Shown: positions 50,375 through 60,566 of the stretch, in pieces | Numbering within the stretch: the stretch's first letter is position 1 | Layout: every line of letters starts with the position of its first letter | Assembly (NCBI GenBank): GCA_943788175.1 | Contig: CALSPG010000005.1 | Location: forward strand, 288,001 to 352,000 | DNA from: an uncultured bacterium | GTDB lineage: Bacteria > Fidelibacterota > Marinisomatia > Marinisomatales > UBA1611 | Direction: 5' to 3' | DNA: 64,000 bases | Translations under genes and position numbers: made by a program | Notes under the pieces: generated by a model | Databases searched by the model: none | The model's input: the letters and a program-made list of their open reading frames with translations, nothing else | Told to the model about the DNA's origin: nothing

Positions 50375-52603
50375 TTAAATACGAAACCTGTAATTAATAT
50401 TGAATCCTAGCCCGGGTTCAGGCATTATCATTTTAATTTTAGATAAATGATTATAATAGGTTTCATTTAATATATTAGATACTTGAAATATTAATTGATG
50501 CATGCTATTATTTTTACTAAAAGTATACGTACAGTTATAATTAAAAAGTTTGTATCCATTTGTTGGCGTTTCAAACTCACCAAGTTTATCTTGATTAGAA
50601 ACTAACAAAAATTCAAAAGTGTTATTTAAAAACAGAATATTTTTTTCTATTTGAAATCGAATCAAATCTGGAGGAATGTATGCCAGTGACATATCGTTCT
50701 GTAAATCTAAACCTCGACATATTGAGGCATTTCCTAATAGGTTAAAATATTTTAGATTAATCTTAAAATTTGGCTCAAACCCATAAATCAAGGTTTCAAG
50801 GCCAAATATTTTATATTTATATAACCAACCTGAAGACCCACTACCCCACTCAATCCAATCGGCCCCAGTTTCGTAACCATCTCCCATTTTTTGAAAAATG
50901 TGAAAATTAGAGCTATAGTTTATATAACTGGTAAGATTGAATTCATTTTTATCATTAAAAAAAGAAAAAGTATTTTCAAATCCTAATGTATTCTCCTGAT
51001 CAAGCTTTGGTTCGCCAATCTCATACGAATAGCTTCCTAGATGGGGACCATCAGAATATAGATCTTCGATTTTTGGAGCGCGGCTTGTGTACAGAATATG
51101 ATTGTATATTGAATAATTTTTTCTCTTATTTAGTGCTGATATACCAAAAGAAAACAATATAAAATCACGTTTTTTTACATCTTCGGGTTCAATATTAGAA
51201 AAGAAAGTATCTTCAACACTAGGGTTGATTGATCGGTATTCAATCCTTCCAGAAAATTGCAATTTAAGGTTATCATACTTTCTATTATTTATGCCAAATA
51301 CAGCTAATTTTGTTTCATTGGAATTTGGAGTCCATATAAAACCGCGTGTAAGGTAGTCTCTATTTTGATAGTTAATACCAATTTTTAATGTTTCTCCGCT
51401 CAGTAAAGCATTCAAATAAATAATATTTTGTCTCAAATCAACAGATGCATAATTAGCATCCTTAACAAATTCCTTGTGCCCATATCTAATGTATCCTTGT
51501 TCAATATCTAAAATATTAAATGAAAAAAGTTTAATATCGCTGTGATACATTAATTTTTGGCTTTGATTTTTTAGTTCTAAGTCAACTCCATTAATATGTC
51601 CCTCTGGACTTCCTGGGATTCCATAATCCATTGAAAAATCTTTTATTTGAAGGGAAGTGAAATTTTTGGCACCAAACTTTGTTACAGCTATTGAAAGGTC
51701 GTTTTTTATTAATGCTGTATTTTTTAGAGAACCCAAGGGAGAAGATTGATCATTAGATTTTCTATTAGTTATTGACGTAAAAAGTTGATAGGTGTTTAAT
51801 GGAATACTAATATTTGTTCCTAAAAGCTTTGACTGGTTCGAGCTCTCATGTCCAAAAAATACATTATATAAAGCTCGTTCTATCTTTTTTTGACTATTCA
51901 TTGGAGATAGTATGTTAATTATACCAGCAATAGTGTTTGACCCATAGGCTAAGGTCTCTGGTCCTCGCATTACTTCTATACCTTCTGCAGAAGAAATTTC
52001 CATGCTCACCGCGTGGTCGGCAGTAGTGTTAGATAAATCACCAAGTTCAAAACCATCAGAGGTAATTAGGAATCTATCCCCTGAGTATCCTCTTAGAATA
52101 GGTCTTTGGGTTGCTTGCCCGGATGATCTCATCGCAACACCAGACTCCCCAGTAAGAGTGGTCGCAAGGTCGCTATTAATGTTTTTTTTCAATCTACTAC
52201 CAATCATCGATATTGAAGATGGGGCTTTATTCTTATTGCTCTCTTCATGTGAATGGACTGTTACTCCGCTCATTTGGATTGTTTTAGGAGTCAAAAAAAC
52301 TTTGTATTTATTCTTTATATTTTTGTGACTTACAAATAAGGTTGTATCCTTGAACCCAATCATCGAAATCTTTATTTCATTTTTCTTTAAATTATCTAAA
52401 GAGAGTGAAAAAGTTCCTAATTCACTGGAGACTGTACCAAGATCACTATCTACAATATAAACATTAGCACCAGATATAGGTTTCAGATTACTATTGTCAA
52501 ATATTACTCCTTTAATTGATGCTACTTCTTGAGCAGAAAGTGAGTTGATAAAAAATAGAGCTATATATAGAGGTAGATAACGCACGAAAAGAAGGAGTAT
52601 CAT
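50375..52603 (-). CDS. TonB-dependent receptor, ZnuD-like metal uptake type
   Basis: RPILRG..GDR, ADHAVS, RGP..L.YGSN.IAGIIN plug; RAP...LYSDGPH; NILN..Y.NHLS. Confidence 0.85.
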   Translation of the reverse strand: MILLLFVRYLPLYIALFFINSLSAQEVASIKGVIFDNSNLKPISGANVYIVDSDLGTVSSELGTFSLSLDNLKKNEIKISMIGFKDTTLFVSHKNIKNKYKVFLTPKTIQMSGVTVHSHEESNKNKAPSSISMIGSRLKKNINSDLATTLTGESGVAMRSSGQATQRPILRGYSGDRFLITSDGFELGDLSNTTADHAVSMEISSAEGIEVMRGPETLAYGSNTIAGIINILSPMNSQKKIERALYNVFFGHESSNQSKLLGTNISIPLNTYQLFTSITNRKSNDQSSPLGSLKNTALIKNDLSIAVTKFGAKNFTSLQIKDFSMDYGIPGSPEGHINGVDLELKNQSQKLMYHSDIKLFSFNILDIEQGYIRYGHKEFVKDANYASVDLRQNIIYLNALLSGETLKIGINYQNRDYLTRGFIWTPNSNETKLAVFGINNRKYDNLKLQFSGRIEYRSINPSVEDTFFSNIEPEDVKKRDFILFSFGISALNKRKNYSIYNHILYTSRAPKIEDLYSDGPHLGSYSYEIGEPKLDQENTLGFENTFSFFNDKNEFNLTSYINYSSNFHIFQKMGDGYETGADWIEWGSGSSGWLYKYKIFGLETLIYGFEPNFKINLKYFNLLGNASICRGLDLQNDMSLAYIPPDLIRFQIEKNILFLNNTFEFLLVSNQDKLGEFETPTNGYKLFNYNCTYTFSKNNSMHQLIFQVSNILNETYYNHLSKIKMIMPEPGLGFNINYRFRI

Positions 52604-52644
52604 AAAAAAACTAAAAGCTGCCCAGACATTGATCTAGGCAGCTT
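52604..52644 (-). terminator. Hairpin plus T-tract between lipoprotein and TonB receptor
   Basis: Minus strand aagctgcctaga-tcaatg-tctgggcagctt then ttagttttttt. Confidence 0.6.
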
Positions 52645-52662
52645 CTTGTCTAATTACTACGA

Positions 52663-53188
52663 TTAATTAACAGTTACTGTTACGTTATTTGTAGAGGTGT
52701 AGTCTGCATGACCATCGTGCATTAATTGGATTTGAAAGCTAGTGCTTCCTGAGCTCACCCCAATAATGTGTAAAGCAGCTCCATGTTCTTCTTCATGATC
52801 ATGATCGTGGCTCTTCTTCTTCATGTTCTACTTCGACTATAGCAATACTTGCATCAGAACCAGATACCTCGAGTTCGCCTTCTTCGTGTCCTTCTTCCTC
52901 TTCTTCTTCCTCATCATGTTCAATTTCATTTCCATCATGATCAAGAAAATGGACAGATAATTCAAGAGTGTCGCCGACACTTAAAGCGACAGAACCAGTT
53001 ACGGCGCCTTCAAACTCTCTATAAACTTCAGTTCCGCTTTCATTCTCTAAAATGAAACCATCTGCATCGGTATGTCCGTCATCGTTGTTATCATGGTCGT
53101 CGTCTTCACAACCAGTTATAAATAACATGGCACATGTAAGTGAAAAAATAGTATACGCTTTTAATGAACGTAAGAATAGTGTTTGCAT
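52663..53188 (-). CDS. His/Glu-rich metal-binding lipoprotein, frameshift at ~52810
   Basis: ITGC lipobox; HDEEEEEEGHEE; shifted frame continues HDHDHEEEHG...LMHDGHADY...TVN*. Confidence 0.72.
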
Positions 53189-53254
53189 AAAATGCTCCTT
53201 TAAAATTTTAAAATAGAATTGTACTAATTTATTAGTACGAGTGTAATACTGTTT

Positions 53255-53602
53255 TTAGTTAAAGGATGAGGGGGGTGCCCTTGAGGGGATATTTAATTGG
53301 TTTAAAAGATTTTTGAAAACATGCTCATCAAAATAATACGAATTTTTTGTTTTTACATAGGTATTGATTTTATATGTGTCATTATATATTTTCTGGTTAT
53401 TCTGATTTCTTGTACACTTATCGCAATCAGCCTTTAAAACATGGTGATCTGATGAGTTACATTCAGGGTTACAGATACTGTATCCTTCTTCTTTTGTGTG
53501 GTCATGCTCAGAAATATGAAGACTACCAGAAAGGAGTAGAAATGATAACGTAATTTGGCAAAGTCCTTGCAAGATGTTTTTTATGTTATTTTTCTTATGC
53601 AT
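53255..53602 (-). CDS. His/Cys-rich leader protein ending in RAPP (DUF2946-like), copy 2
   Basis: Hydrophobic helix, HDH, GYSICNPEC-x4-HH-x5-CDKC, SRAPPSSFN*. Confidence 0.75.
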   Translation of the reverse strand: MHKKNNIKNILQGLCQITLSFLLLSGSLHISEHDHTKEEGYSICNPECNSSDHHVLKADCDKCTRNQNNQKIYNDTYKINTYVKTKNSYYFDEHVFKNLLNQLNIPSRAPPSSFN

Positions 53603-53690
53603 AAAAAGAGAGAACTAATTTAGTAATTAATACAAATAGAGTTACTATTCAAATTTTCACATTATAAAAATTAATTGCATTGTTTTAATA

Positions 53691-53715
53691 ATTGATATTG
53701 AGACTAAATATCAAT
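53691..53715. promoter_or_regulatory. Fur-box-like inverted repeat
   Basis: attgatatt-gagacta-aatatcaat, perfect 9-7-9 inverted repeat between divergent flavodoxin and metal-uptake genes. Confidence 0.5.
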
Positions 53716-53858
53716 ATGTGTATATTCACCTATTGGTTATTAAAATACAAAAATAAAAACAAATGGGTTCTGTTCTAAATTATAAGTAATACTTAAAATT
53801 GGTTCCAAAACTATGAATGGGACCCGTTTTGTTTTTTTAAATATTTAAAGGATAAAAA

Positions 53859-54374
53859 ATGGAAAAAATAGGTTTATTTTGGGGTAGTAATACTGGGAAT
53901 CAAGAAGAAGCGACAAACTTTCTTGCTGATTATTTAAAGTCATAACGCTGTCAGTTAGATTTGTATAATATTGTTGATACACCACCTTCAAAAATGTTGG
54001 AATATAAAAAACTATTAGTAGGTTGTCCGACTTGGCACATTGGGGAACTGCAAGACGATTGGGATGCAATATACGAAGAGTATAAAAAATTAGATTTTTC
54101 AAATGTTAAAGCTGCTTTTTTTGGATGCGGAGATTAAGTAGGCTACAGCGATAATTTCTTAGATGCTATCGGATTACTCGCGAAACCTTTTATTGGTAAT
54201 GGTGGAACATTAATTGGTCGTTGGCCAACAGAGGGTTATGAATTTGAGCATTCCTTAGCTTTAGATGGCGATGATTTTCTTGGTCTTGGATTGGATAATG
54301 ATAATGAAGAAGAATTAACAGAAGAGCGTTTAATTATTTGGGCTGAATTAATTAGAGATGAATTCGAATCATAG
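53859..54374 (+). pseudogene. fldA: Long-chain flavodoxin with two in-frame TAA stops (53943, 54135)
   Basis: MEKIGLFWGSNTGN, GCPTWHIGELQDDW, FGCGD*VGYSDNF.DA.G, GRWPTEGYEF, FLGLGLD. Confidence 0.88.
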
Positions 54375-54526
54375 CCAGCATATTTAAACCTCCTTTAAAC
54401 AAATCTTTTAATTACTCTTCATTAAAATGCTCTTTTAAAGAGTTAAGATTATAATATTTAGAAATGGGAAATATCATTATTCGTTAACCTTTTTGTGGCT
54501 TTTTTCTTTTTACGGTATATTCGACA

Positions 54527-55930
54527 ATGCGCCAATATGATCTGAAGAAATTTTATCCTTTAATACTAATATTTGTTTTTTGGTTTTTAAAACCACCTGA
54601 AGAATTAGATATAAATGGCTATCGCGTGTTTATCGTTTTTGTTTCTGTCATTTTTTCGATTTTATTGCAATCTATTCCGACAGCGGTGAGTGTCCTAACC
54701 GGTTTAACTTTTTCTGTTTTAACCGGATTAATGCCTTTAAAGTCTGCTTTGAAAGGCTATAGTGATTCAACAACATGGCTTGTCGTAATTGCATTTTTGA
54801 TTGCTGGTGCAATAATTAACTCAGGACTAGGTAACAGAATATCCCTTCTAAGTATATATTATCTTGGCCGGTCTATCACTGGTTTAGGTTATGCTATATG
54901 TTGTGCTGAGCTTATTTTAGGGCCAGTTGTGCCTTCAAATACAGCAAGGGGAGGTGGTATATTGGCACCAATCGTTGACTCGATTTCAAGGACGCTAGGA
55001 TCTTCACCAAATAGTAACCCTCGAAAAGCAGGGCAGTATCTCAATCTAGTTGGAGCTCACGCAAACTTAATCACGGCTGCTATGTTTTTGACTGGAATGG
55101 CAGCAAATCCTCTAGTATCCAGAGCAGCCTTAGAGGTTTTTGAAATTGAATTTGGCTGGCTAAAATGGGCGTTAGGAGCTATAGTCCCAGGACTAATTGG
55201 GTTAGCTGGGTTACCATTATTAATGAAGTATTTGTCTCCTCCAAGTATTGAATCAATCGAACCAGTTCGGATTAGAATAAATAAAGAGCTCCAAACGCTT
55301 GGTTCTTGGACTAGAGCTGAGATAATCACTGGAATTATAATGGTTCTGATGGTTTTTTTATGGTTGAGTAAAAGTTTTCATGGCTTTGGTACTACGATAG
55401 TAGCTCTAAGTGGACTTATGTTGATTCTATTTTTCAAAGTAGTCTCCTGGGATAACATGGTAAAAAATCATAAAGCCTGGGATACTCTAATCTGGCTAGG
55501 CGGACTATTAACGATAGCAACAAGTTTAAAAGAAGCTGGGTTTATTTTTTGGTTTTCTGGAATACTTGAAAATAGTTTATTAGATTTTTCTCCAATTTTA
55601 ATCACACTATCCTTAGCACTTATTTATTTCTATTCAATGTATTTATTTTCAATGTTAACAGCTCATATTGTTGCATTATCTGGTGCAATGTTTTTAATTG
55701 TACATAACTTGGGGTTTGAACCAATAATTATAATCTGTTTAATTGCATATTTTTCTAACTTGAGTGGTTGTCTAACTAATTATTCAACTGGGCCAATGAT
55801 TATTTATTTTGGGAATGGCTATGTCATGCCATCTGCATGGTTTAAGATTGGATTTATAGTTTCAATATACCACATAGTTGTCTGGCTTGGTATTGGTTCT
55901 ATCTGGTGGAAATTTCTTGGCTGGTGGTAA
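54527..55930 (+). CDS. DASS family anion transporter (2-oxoglutarate/malate translocator-like)
   Basis: SGLG.RI, PSNTARGGGI, MFLTGMAANP, AWDTLIW, WWKFLGWW. Confidence 0.9.
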   Translation: MRQYDLKKFYPLILIFVFWFLKPPEELDINGYRVFIVFVSVIFSILLQSIPTAVSVLTGLTFSVLTGLMPLKSALKGYSDSTTWLVVIAFLIAGAIINSGLGNRISLLSIYYLGRSITGLGYAICCAELILGPVVPSNTARGGGILAPIVDSISRTLGSSPNSNPRKAGQYLNLVGAHANLITAAMFLTGMAANPLVSRAALEVFEIEFGWLKWALGAIVPGLIGLAGLPLLMKYLSPPSIESIEPVRIRINKELQTLGSWTRAEIITGIIMVLMVFLWLSKSFHGFGTTIVALSGLMLILFFKVVSWDNMVKNHKAWDTLIWLGGLLTIATSLKEAGFIFWFSGILENSLLDFSPILITLSLALIYFYSMYLFSMLTAHIVALSGAMFLIVHNLGFEPIIIICLIAYFSNLSGCLTNYSTGPMIIYFGNGYVMPSAWFKIGFIVSIYHIVVWLGIGSIWWKFLGWW

Positions 55931-56117
55931 AAAATTCAATGGTGCATTTTGGATTATTTTAGATATGAAGAGCAATCTTAACGATTTAAATAATCAAAAA
56001 GATAGATATATATCTAATATAAATAGTTTTATGTAATAAAATTTTAAAAAGGGTTAATTAGTTCTCTTTATTAGAGAAAACAATTTTTAATTTGAGCGAT
56101 AATAATTTTAGAGAATA

Positions 56118-56795
56118 ATGATGGTTGATGTATTCGAGTTTATAAAAGAAAAAAGAGCAGATTTAAAAGATAATACAGATCGTTACCGCGTTATGATTGA
56201 ACCAAAATTCAAAGCATTATCTCAAAAATTGAATAGTAGTATCAGTAACACTTTGAATAACCCTTGGATGCTCAATTTACCATCGATTGATAAATCAAAT
56301 ATTTTTAAGAAAAAAGAGCCTATTTCAAATGAAAATATTAAAAAGGCCTACGATAAAATTAAAAACCGAGTAGGGGAAGAGATTTTAGTGGGGCAATGGG
56401 AAACGGTAAATCAAGATCAAATAAATAGGTTTGCGGATTTAACAGGAGACAATCAGTGGATTCACACGGATGTCGAAAAAGCCAAGATTGAATCGCCATT
56501 TAAATCAACAATAGCCCATGGGTTTTTGACTTTGTCACTAATTCCAAAATTAACAGAAAATTTTGACTTTGAAAGTATCCACCCCGGATTAAAAATGATC
56601 GTTAATTGTGGATTAAATCAAGTCCGCTTTCCATATCCTGTAAAGTCAGGCTCGAAAATAAGAGGAAGAGTAAAGATTACTAATTTGACTCCAAAAAAAA
56701 ATAATATTGAGCTAGTGAATGAAGTTAGTATAGAGGTTGAAGGAAGAAAACGATTCGGTTGTGTCGCTGAAACAGTCTTGAGATTATATTATTGA
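56118..56795 (+). CDS. MaoC family dehydratase with N-terminal extension
   Basis: FADLTGDNQWIH.D, TIAHGFLTLSL, VRFP.PV..GS. Confidence 0.88.
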   Translation: MMVDVFEFIKEKRADLKDNTDRYRVMIEPKFKALSQKLNSSISNTLNNPWMLNLPSIDKSNIFKKKEPISNENIKKAYDKIKNRVGEEILVGQWETVNQDQINRFADLTGDNQWIHTDVEKAKIESPFKSTIAHGFLTLSLIPKLTENFDFESIHPGLKMIVNCGLNQVRFPYPVKSGSKIRGRVKITNLTPKKNNIELVNEVSIEVEGRKRFGCVAETVLRLYY

Positions 56796-57022
56796 ACTAA
56801 GTTCGTTATTTAAGTGATATTAACAATTTTAGAAGAAGAATAAATATTAAATCCTCTATTTTCAAAATTTTTGCTAGTTATAAAAATCTTCCTAAAAATG
56901 TACATCTATTATTTTTTTTAGAATTTAGCTTAAGCCTTATTCATGTCGCGTTTATCCTAATCCTTAACATTTATTTAAGAAAGAAGGGTTTCTCTGATCC
57001 TGAGATTGCTTCTTTTAATTCC

Positions 57023-58156
57023 TTGCGATTTGTTGGCGCGCTTACCTTTGCCTTACCACTAGGCATATATATCAGAGGGAAAAAATTAAAACCTTTCTTT
57101 GTTTTGTCTTCAATAGCGGTGCCTCTAACTAGTATAATGATTATTGAGTCAATTAGACTGTCTATTATACCTTTAATTCAGCTAGCATTCATCCTTTGGG
57201 GAATAGGCATGATGGTAATGCGAGTATGTTCATTGCCATTTATTATTAGAAGTACATCTGAAAAGAATAGCACTGAAGCTTTATCGCTAAGCGCATCGAC
57301 ATGGTCTCTTTCGACGATTTTTTCAGGCTTGATGATATCTGGTCTCGATTGGATTTCTAGTTTAGAAATAGTTGACAATAAATTTTCATTTTCAGAATAC
57401 AATATTTTATGGATTATTACAATAATTGGATTATCATCTTATTCTTTTGCAATGAAAATTGATGAAAGTGGAGAGGGTAAACCGATAAAAAAAAGTGGTA
57501 TTTTTTCATTACATAAAAATTATGATTGGAAAATAATATTTAGAGCACTTTCGCCTTTGATTCTTATTTCCATTGGAGCTGGATTAACAATACCATTTGT
57601 TAATTTATTTTTTAATTCAGTTTTTGGTCTTAGTTCAAGCAATTTTAGTTTGCTAGGTAGTATCACAGCTATTTTAGTTTTTATATTTTCTTTATTAGTC
57701 CCAACTCTGAGAAAAAAATATGGTTATTGGGCAACAATTGTTGTTGTCCAAAGCTTTGCTATAATATTTTTAATCATTATGTCGCTGACAGAATTATACG
57801 CGAATCATAGCTATGCTTTATTTGTCGCTATTTCAGCTTATATATTGAGGCAACCTTTAATGCATATGGCTCACCCTGCTTCTAATGAGCTAATGATGAA
57901 CTTTGTGGGTAAAAAAAATCAAGAATTAATTAGTGCATTAAGTTCAAGTTTATGGAGCGCTTCATGGTTCATTAGTGCCAAAATATTTGAATGGCTAAGA
58001 CTACTGGACTTCAGATATTATGAAATATTTTCAATAACGGCTGCTTTTTATATAGCGGGTGTTATTCTTTTTGGTTTTATTATAAATGAATATGAAAAAA
58101 ACAAAAATAAGTCTAAACCTGTCTTGCCAATTGCTGAAGAGTTATCAATCGATTAG
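57023..58156 (+). CDS. MFS transporter (frame open upstream to ~56850; true start likely earlier)
   Basis: Multiple TM segments; GAGLTIPFVNLFF; LRQPLM.MA.P. Confidence 0.78.
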   Translation: MRFVGALTFALPLGIYIRGKKLKPFFVLSSIAVPLTSIMIIESIRLSIIPLIQLAFILWGIGMMVMRVCSLPFIIRSTSEKNSTEALSLSASTWSLSTIFSGLMISGLDWISSLEIVDNKFSFSEYNILWIITIIGLSSYSFAMKIDESGEGKPIKKSGIFSLHKNYDWKIIFRALSPLILISIGAGLTIPFVNLFFNSVFGLSSSNFSLLGSITAILVFIFSLLVPTLRKKYGYWATIVVVQSFAIIFLIIMSLTELYANHSYALFVAISAYILRQPLMHMAHPASNELMMNFVGKKNQELISALSSSLWSASWFISAKIFEWLRLLDFRYYEIFSITAAFYIAGVILFGFIINEYEKNKNKSKPVLPIAEELSID

Positions 58157-58219
58157 AAAATAATGTTGGATAAGTTCTACTTGAGAATCATATATTTTAT
58201 AAACACTTAGGAGTTAATT

Positions 58220-58519
58220 ATGAAAAATCTGTTATTACCCATATTATTATTCTCATTCTTATTTGCTGAAGGTAATAAAGTTAATTTAAAAATTGATGGT
58301 ATGAAGTGCGCATACAGTTGTGCAGGAAAAGTATCCAAAGTTGTTCAAAATATAAAAGGTGTAGAAGAGTGTAAGGTAGATTTTGCCTCTGGTACAGCTG
58401 AGGTGGTTTATGATGATAAGAAAATTAATTCAAAGAAAATTGTAAATTTTTTGAACAACGAAACATATTACAAAGCATCAATTCAAGACAAAAAAGATTC
58501 GAAAGATAATTCAATTTAA
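58220..58519 (+). CDS. Exported heavy-metal-associated (HMA) domain protein
   Basis: Signal peptide; LKIDGMKCAYSC (CxxxC variant); GV....VDF. Confidence 0.82.
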   Translation: MKNLLLPILLFSFLFAEGNKVNLKIDGMKCAYSCAGKVSKVVQNIKGVEECKVDFASGTAEVVYDDKKINSKKIVNFLNNETYYKASIQDKKDSKDNSI

Positions 58520-58538
58520 TGTTGAATGTTTAATTTTT

Positions 58539-58565
58539 AAAACCCCGCTTTAAGCGGGGTTTTTT
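58539..58565 (+). terminator. Intrinsic terminator
   Basis: aaaaccccgctt-t-aagcggggtttttt. Confidence 0.85.
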
Positions 58566-58591
58566 GTTTAAAACTTAGCCATGGAATCAAA

Positions 58592-59236
58592 GTGTGTGGT
58601 AGATACGTAAATAAAAACACTAAGGAAGAAATAATCGAGTTTTTTGGTTCAGAAATTGAGCTTAATGAACCAAATACACTTAAACCCAGTTACAATATCT
58701 GCCCTACTCAGCTTGCTCCGATTTTAAGGGTTGCTTCTAGTGGTATGAAATTAGAAAATATGCATTGGGGTTTGATTCCTTCATGGTCTAAAGATAAAAA
58801 GTATGCATCTAATTTAATTAATGCTCGGTTGGAAACTCTAAATGATAAACCTAGTTTTAAAGGTTTAGTGAAAAATCATAGGTGCATAGTCGTCGCTAGT
58901 GGATATTATGAGTGGGTAAATACACAAAATGGAAAGCAACCTATGTACATACATTCAAATCAATCTGTTTTGCCTTTAGCTGGCCTATGGACTCGTTGGG
59001 GAAATGTGAACTCATTCACTATAGTCACACAGAATTCTTTTAGTCACCTAAAAACACTTCACCATAGAATGCCTTTAATATTAAATAATTCAAGTATCTT
59101 AACATATCTAGATGATAGTATTGAATTTAAGAACTCGTATAAATTGTCCATAGATGGAATTCAATATCACAAAGTTTCAAAAATAGTTAATTCGGTTAAG
59201 TATAATAATGATGCTTGCATAAAAAGTATAGATTAA
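58592..59236 (+). CDS. SOS response-associated peptidase (SRAP/YedK family)
   Basis: MCGRY, YNI.PT, WGLIPSW, INAR.ET, GYYEW, HHRMP. Confidence 0.93.
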   Translation: MCGRYVNKNTKEEIIEFFGSEIELNEPNTLKPSYNICPTQLAPILRVASSGMKLENMHWGLIPSWSKDKKYASNLINARLETLNDKPSFKGLVKNHRCIVVASGYYEWVNTQNGKQPMYIHSNQSVLPLAGLWTRWGNVNSFTIVTQNSFSHLKTLHHRMPLILNNSSILTYLDDSIEFKNSYKLSIDGIQYHKVSKIVNSVKYNNDACIKSID

Positions 59237-59326
59237 CATTTTTATAATGATTATTCTTTAGGAATAAAATTAAAGAAAATTCTACTTTTTTTGAACTTCA
59301 CATTTTAGATAATTATTGGAGGTTTT

Positions 59327-60019
59327 ATGTATAAATATTTATCAGCTATTTTAGTTTTATTTTTTATTTCATGTTCTGGATCAAAACCAAAAATGTTATT
59401 ACCAGAGAAGGTTTCTCCTGATGTCTATGAGGTTCTATTAGATAATGAAACAGTAAAAGTCATGAAAGTTAGTTTTGCACCTGGGCAGAGTGACAGTATG
59501 CATGATCACTACCCATTTACATTTCACCTCTTAGACGGTGGTAAAGCTCAGGTCACAATGCCAGATGGTACAATAAATGAAAGACAAATTCCTGGGGGAT
59601 TTACAGGACACAACGGGCAGGGTGTTCGTCATCAAGTTAAAAATATTGGATCAGAAGAAATTAACATTATTTTGATTGAACATAAAAAATTAGGCTCTAT
59701 GCCATCTTTTAATACTGATGAAAGCTTTGCTCCTCAAAAAGTATCTCCCGAAATTTATGAGGTAGTTCATGAAGATGAAAAAATTAAAATATATTTAGCT
59801 TCATTTGCTGCAGGTAAAAGTGATAAAGTGCATGAGCATGGTCCAAATACCGCCTATATAATAAACGGAGGGATTGTAAAAGTAGTAGGAGCAGATGGTT
59901 CTATTAGCGAACGATCATTCCAGGATGGTGCAGTTTCTTTTTCAGATAATGTAGTTAGACATCAGGTTGAAAATATTGGAAGTACGAACATAAAAGTATT
60001 AATTGCAGAATATAAATAA
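59327..60019 (+). CDS. Lipoprotein with two tandem cupin domains
   Basis: ISC lipobox; duplicated P.KVSP..YEV...H.H...RHQV.NIG. Confidence 0.78.
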   Translation: MYKYLSAILVLFFISCSGSKPKMLLPEKVSPDVYEVLLDNETVKVMKVSFAPGQSDSMHDHYPFTFHLLDGGKAQVTMPDGTINERQIPGGFTGHNGQGVRHQVKNIGSEEINIILIEHKKLGSMPSFNTDESFAPQKVSPEIYEVVHEDEKIKIYLASFAAGKSDKVHEHGPNTAYIINGGIVKVVGADGSISERSFQDGAVSFSDNVVRHQVENIGSTNIKVLIAEYK

Positions 60020-60110
60020 TGTTATTTTTAATGATTTATACCTTAAAAATAAAAATCAATCATTTGAATCTTTCGCTTTTGATTTTTAAATATTTCTAAT
60101 AATATCCAGC

Positions 60111-60512
60111 ATGCGTACACAAATAATTGCTTTCATTGTGCTTATCGGGTTCGTCTTCTCTCAAGATGGCAGGCCTTTTGAAATAACAGTGACACCTAGA
60201 TATGTTGATGAGAAAAGAATTGTAGTTAATGTTCAATTAACTAATCTCACAAATAAACCCTTAGATTACCTAGAAGGCTTTCTTTTAGAAAGGAATTCCT
60301 CTAGGAAACTTCTTGATGAAAAAAGAGTCGTACTAACTGCTGGTTATGAACCTTCGCTCGAGACTGGCTTTGCTTCAACAAAAAGTATGTCATACCAAGT
60401 AAGTAAAGGTAAACCTAATACATATGAGTTTGTTATTTCTAAATGTAAGTTTTTTGGAGAGTCCAAAATATTTACCTGGCATCCAAAAGCAGGTTACATT
60501 CGAATCGAGTAA
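60111..60512 (+). CDS. Secreted hypothetical protein
   Basis: Signal peptide; followed by terminator. Confidence 0.6.
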   Translation: MRTQIIAFIVLIGFVFSQDGRPFEITVTPRYVDEKRIVVNVQLTNLTNKPLDYLEGFLLERNSSRKLLDEKRVVLTAGYEPSLETGFASTKSMSYQVSKGKPNTYEFVISKCKFFGESKIFTWHPKAGYIRIE

Positions 60513-60534
60513 TAGACAAAAACAAATTGATTTT

Positions 60535-60566
60535 AAAAAGCCCCTGGATTTTTTCAGGGGCTTTTT
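60535..60566 (+). terminator. Intrinsic terminator
   Basis: aaaaagcccctgg-attttt-tcaggggcttttt. Confidence 0.8.
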
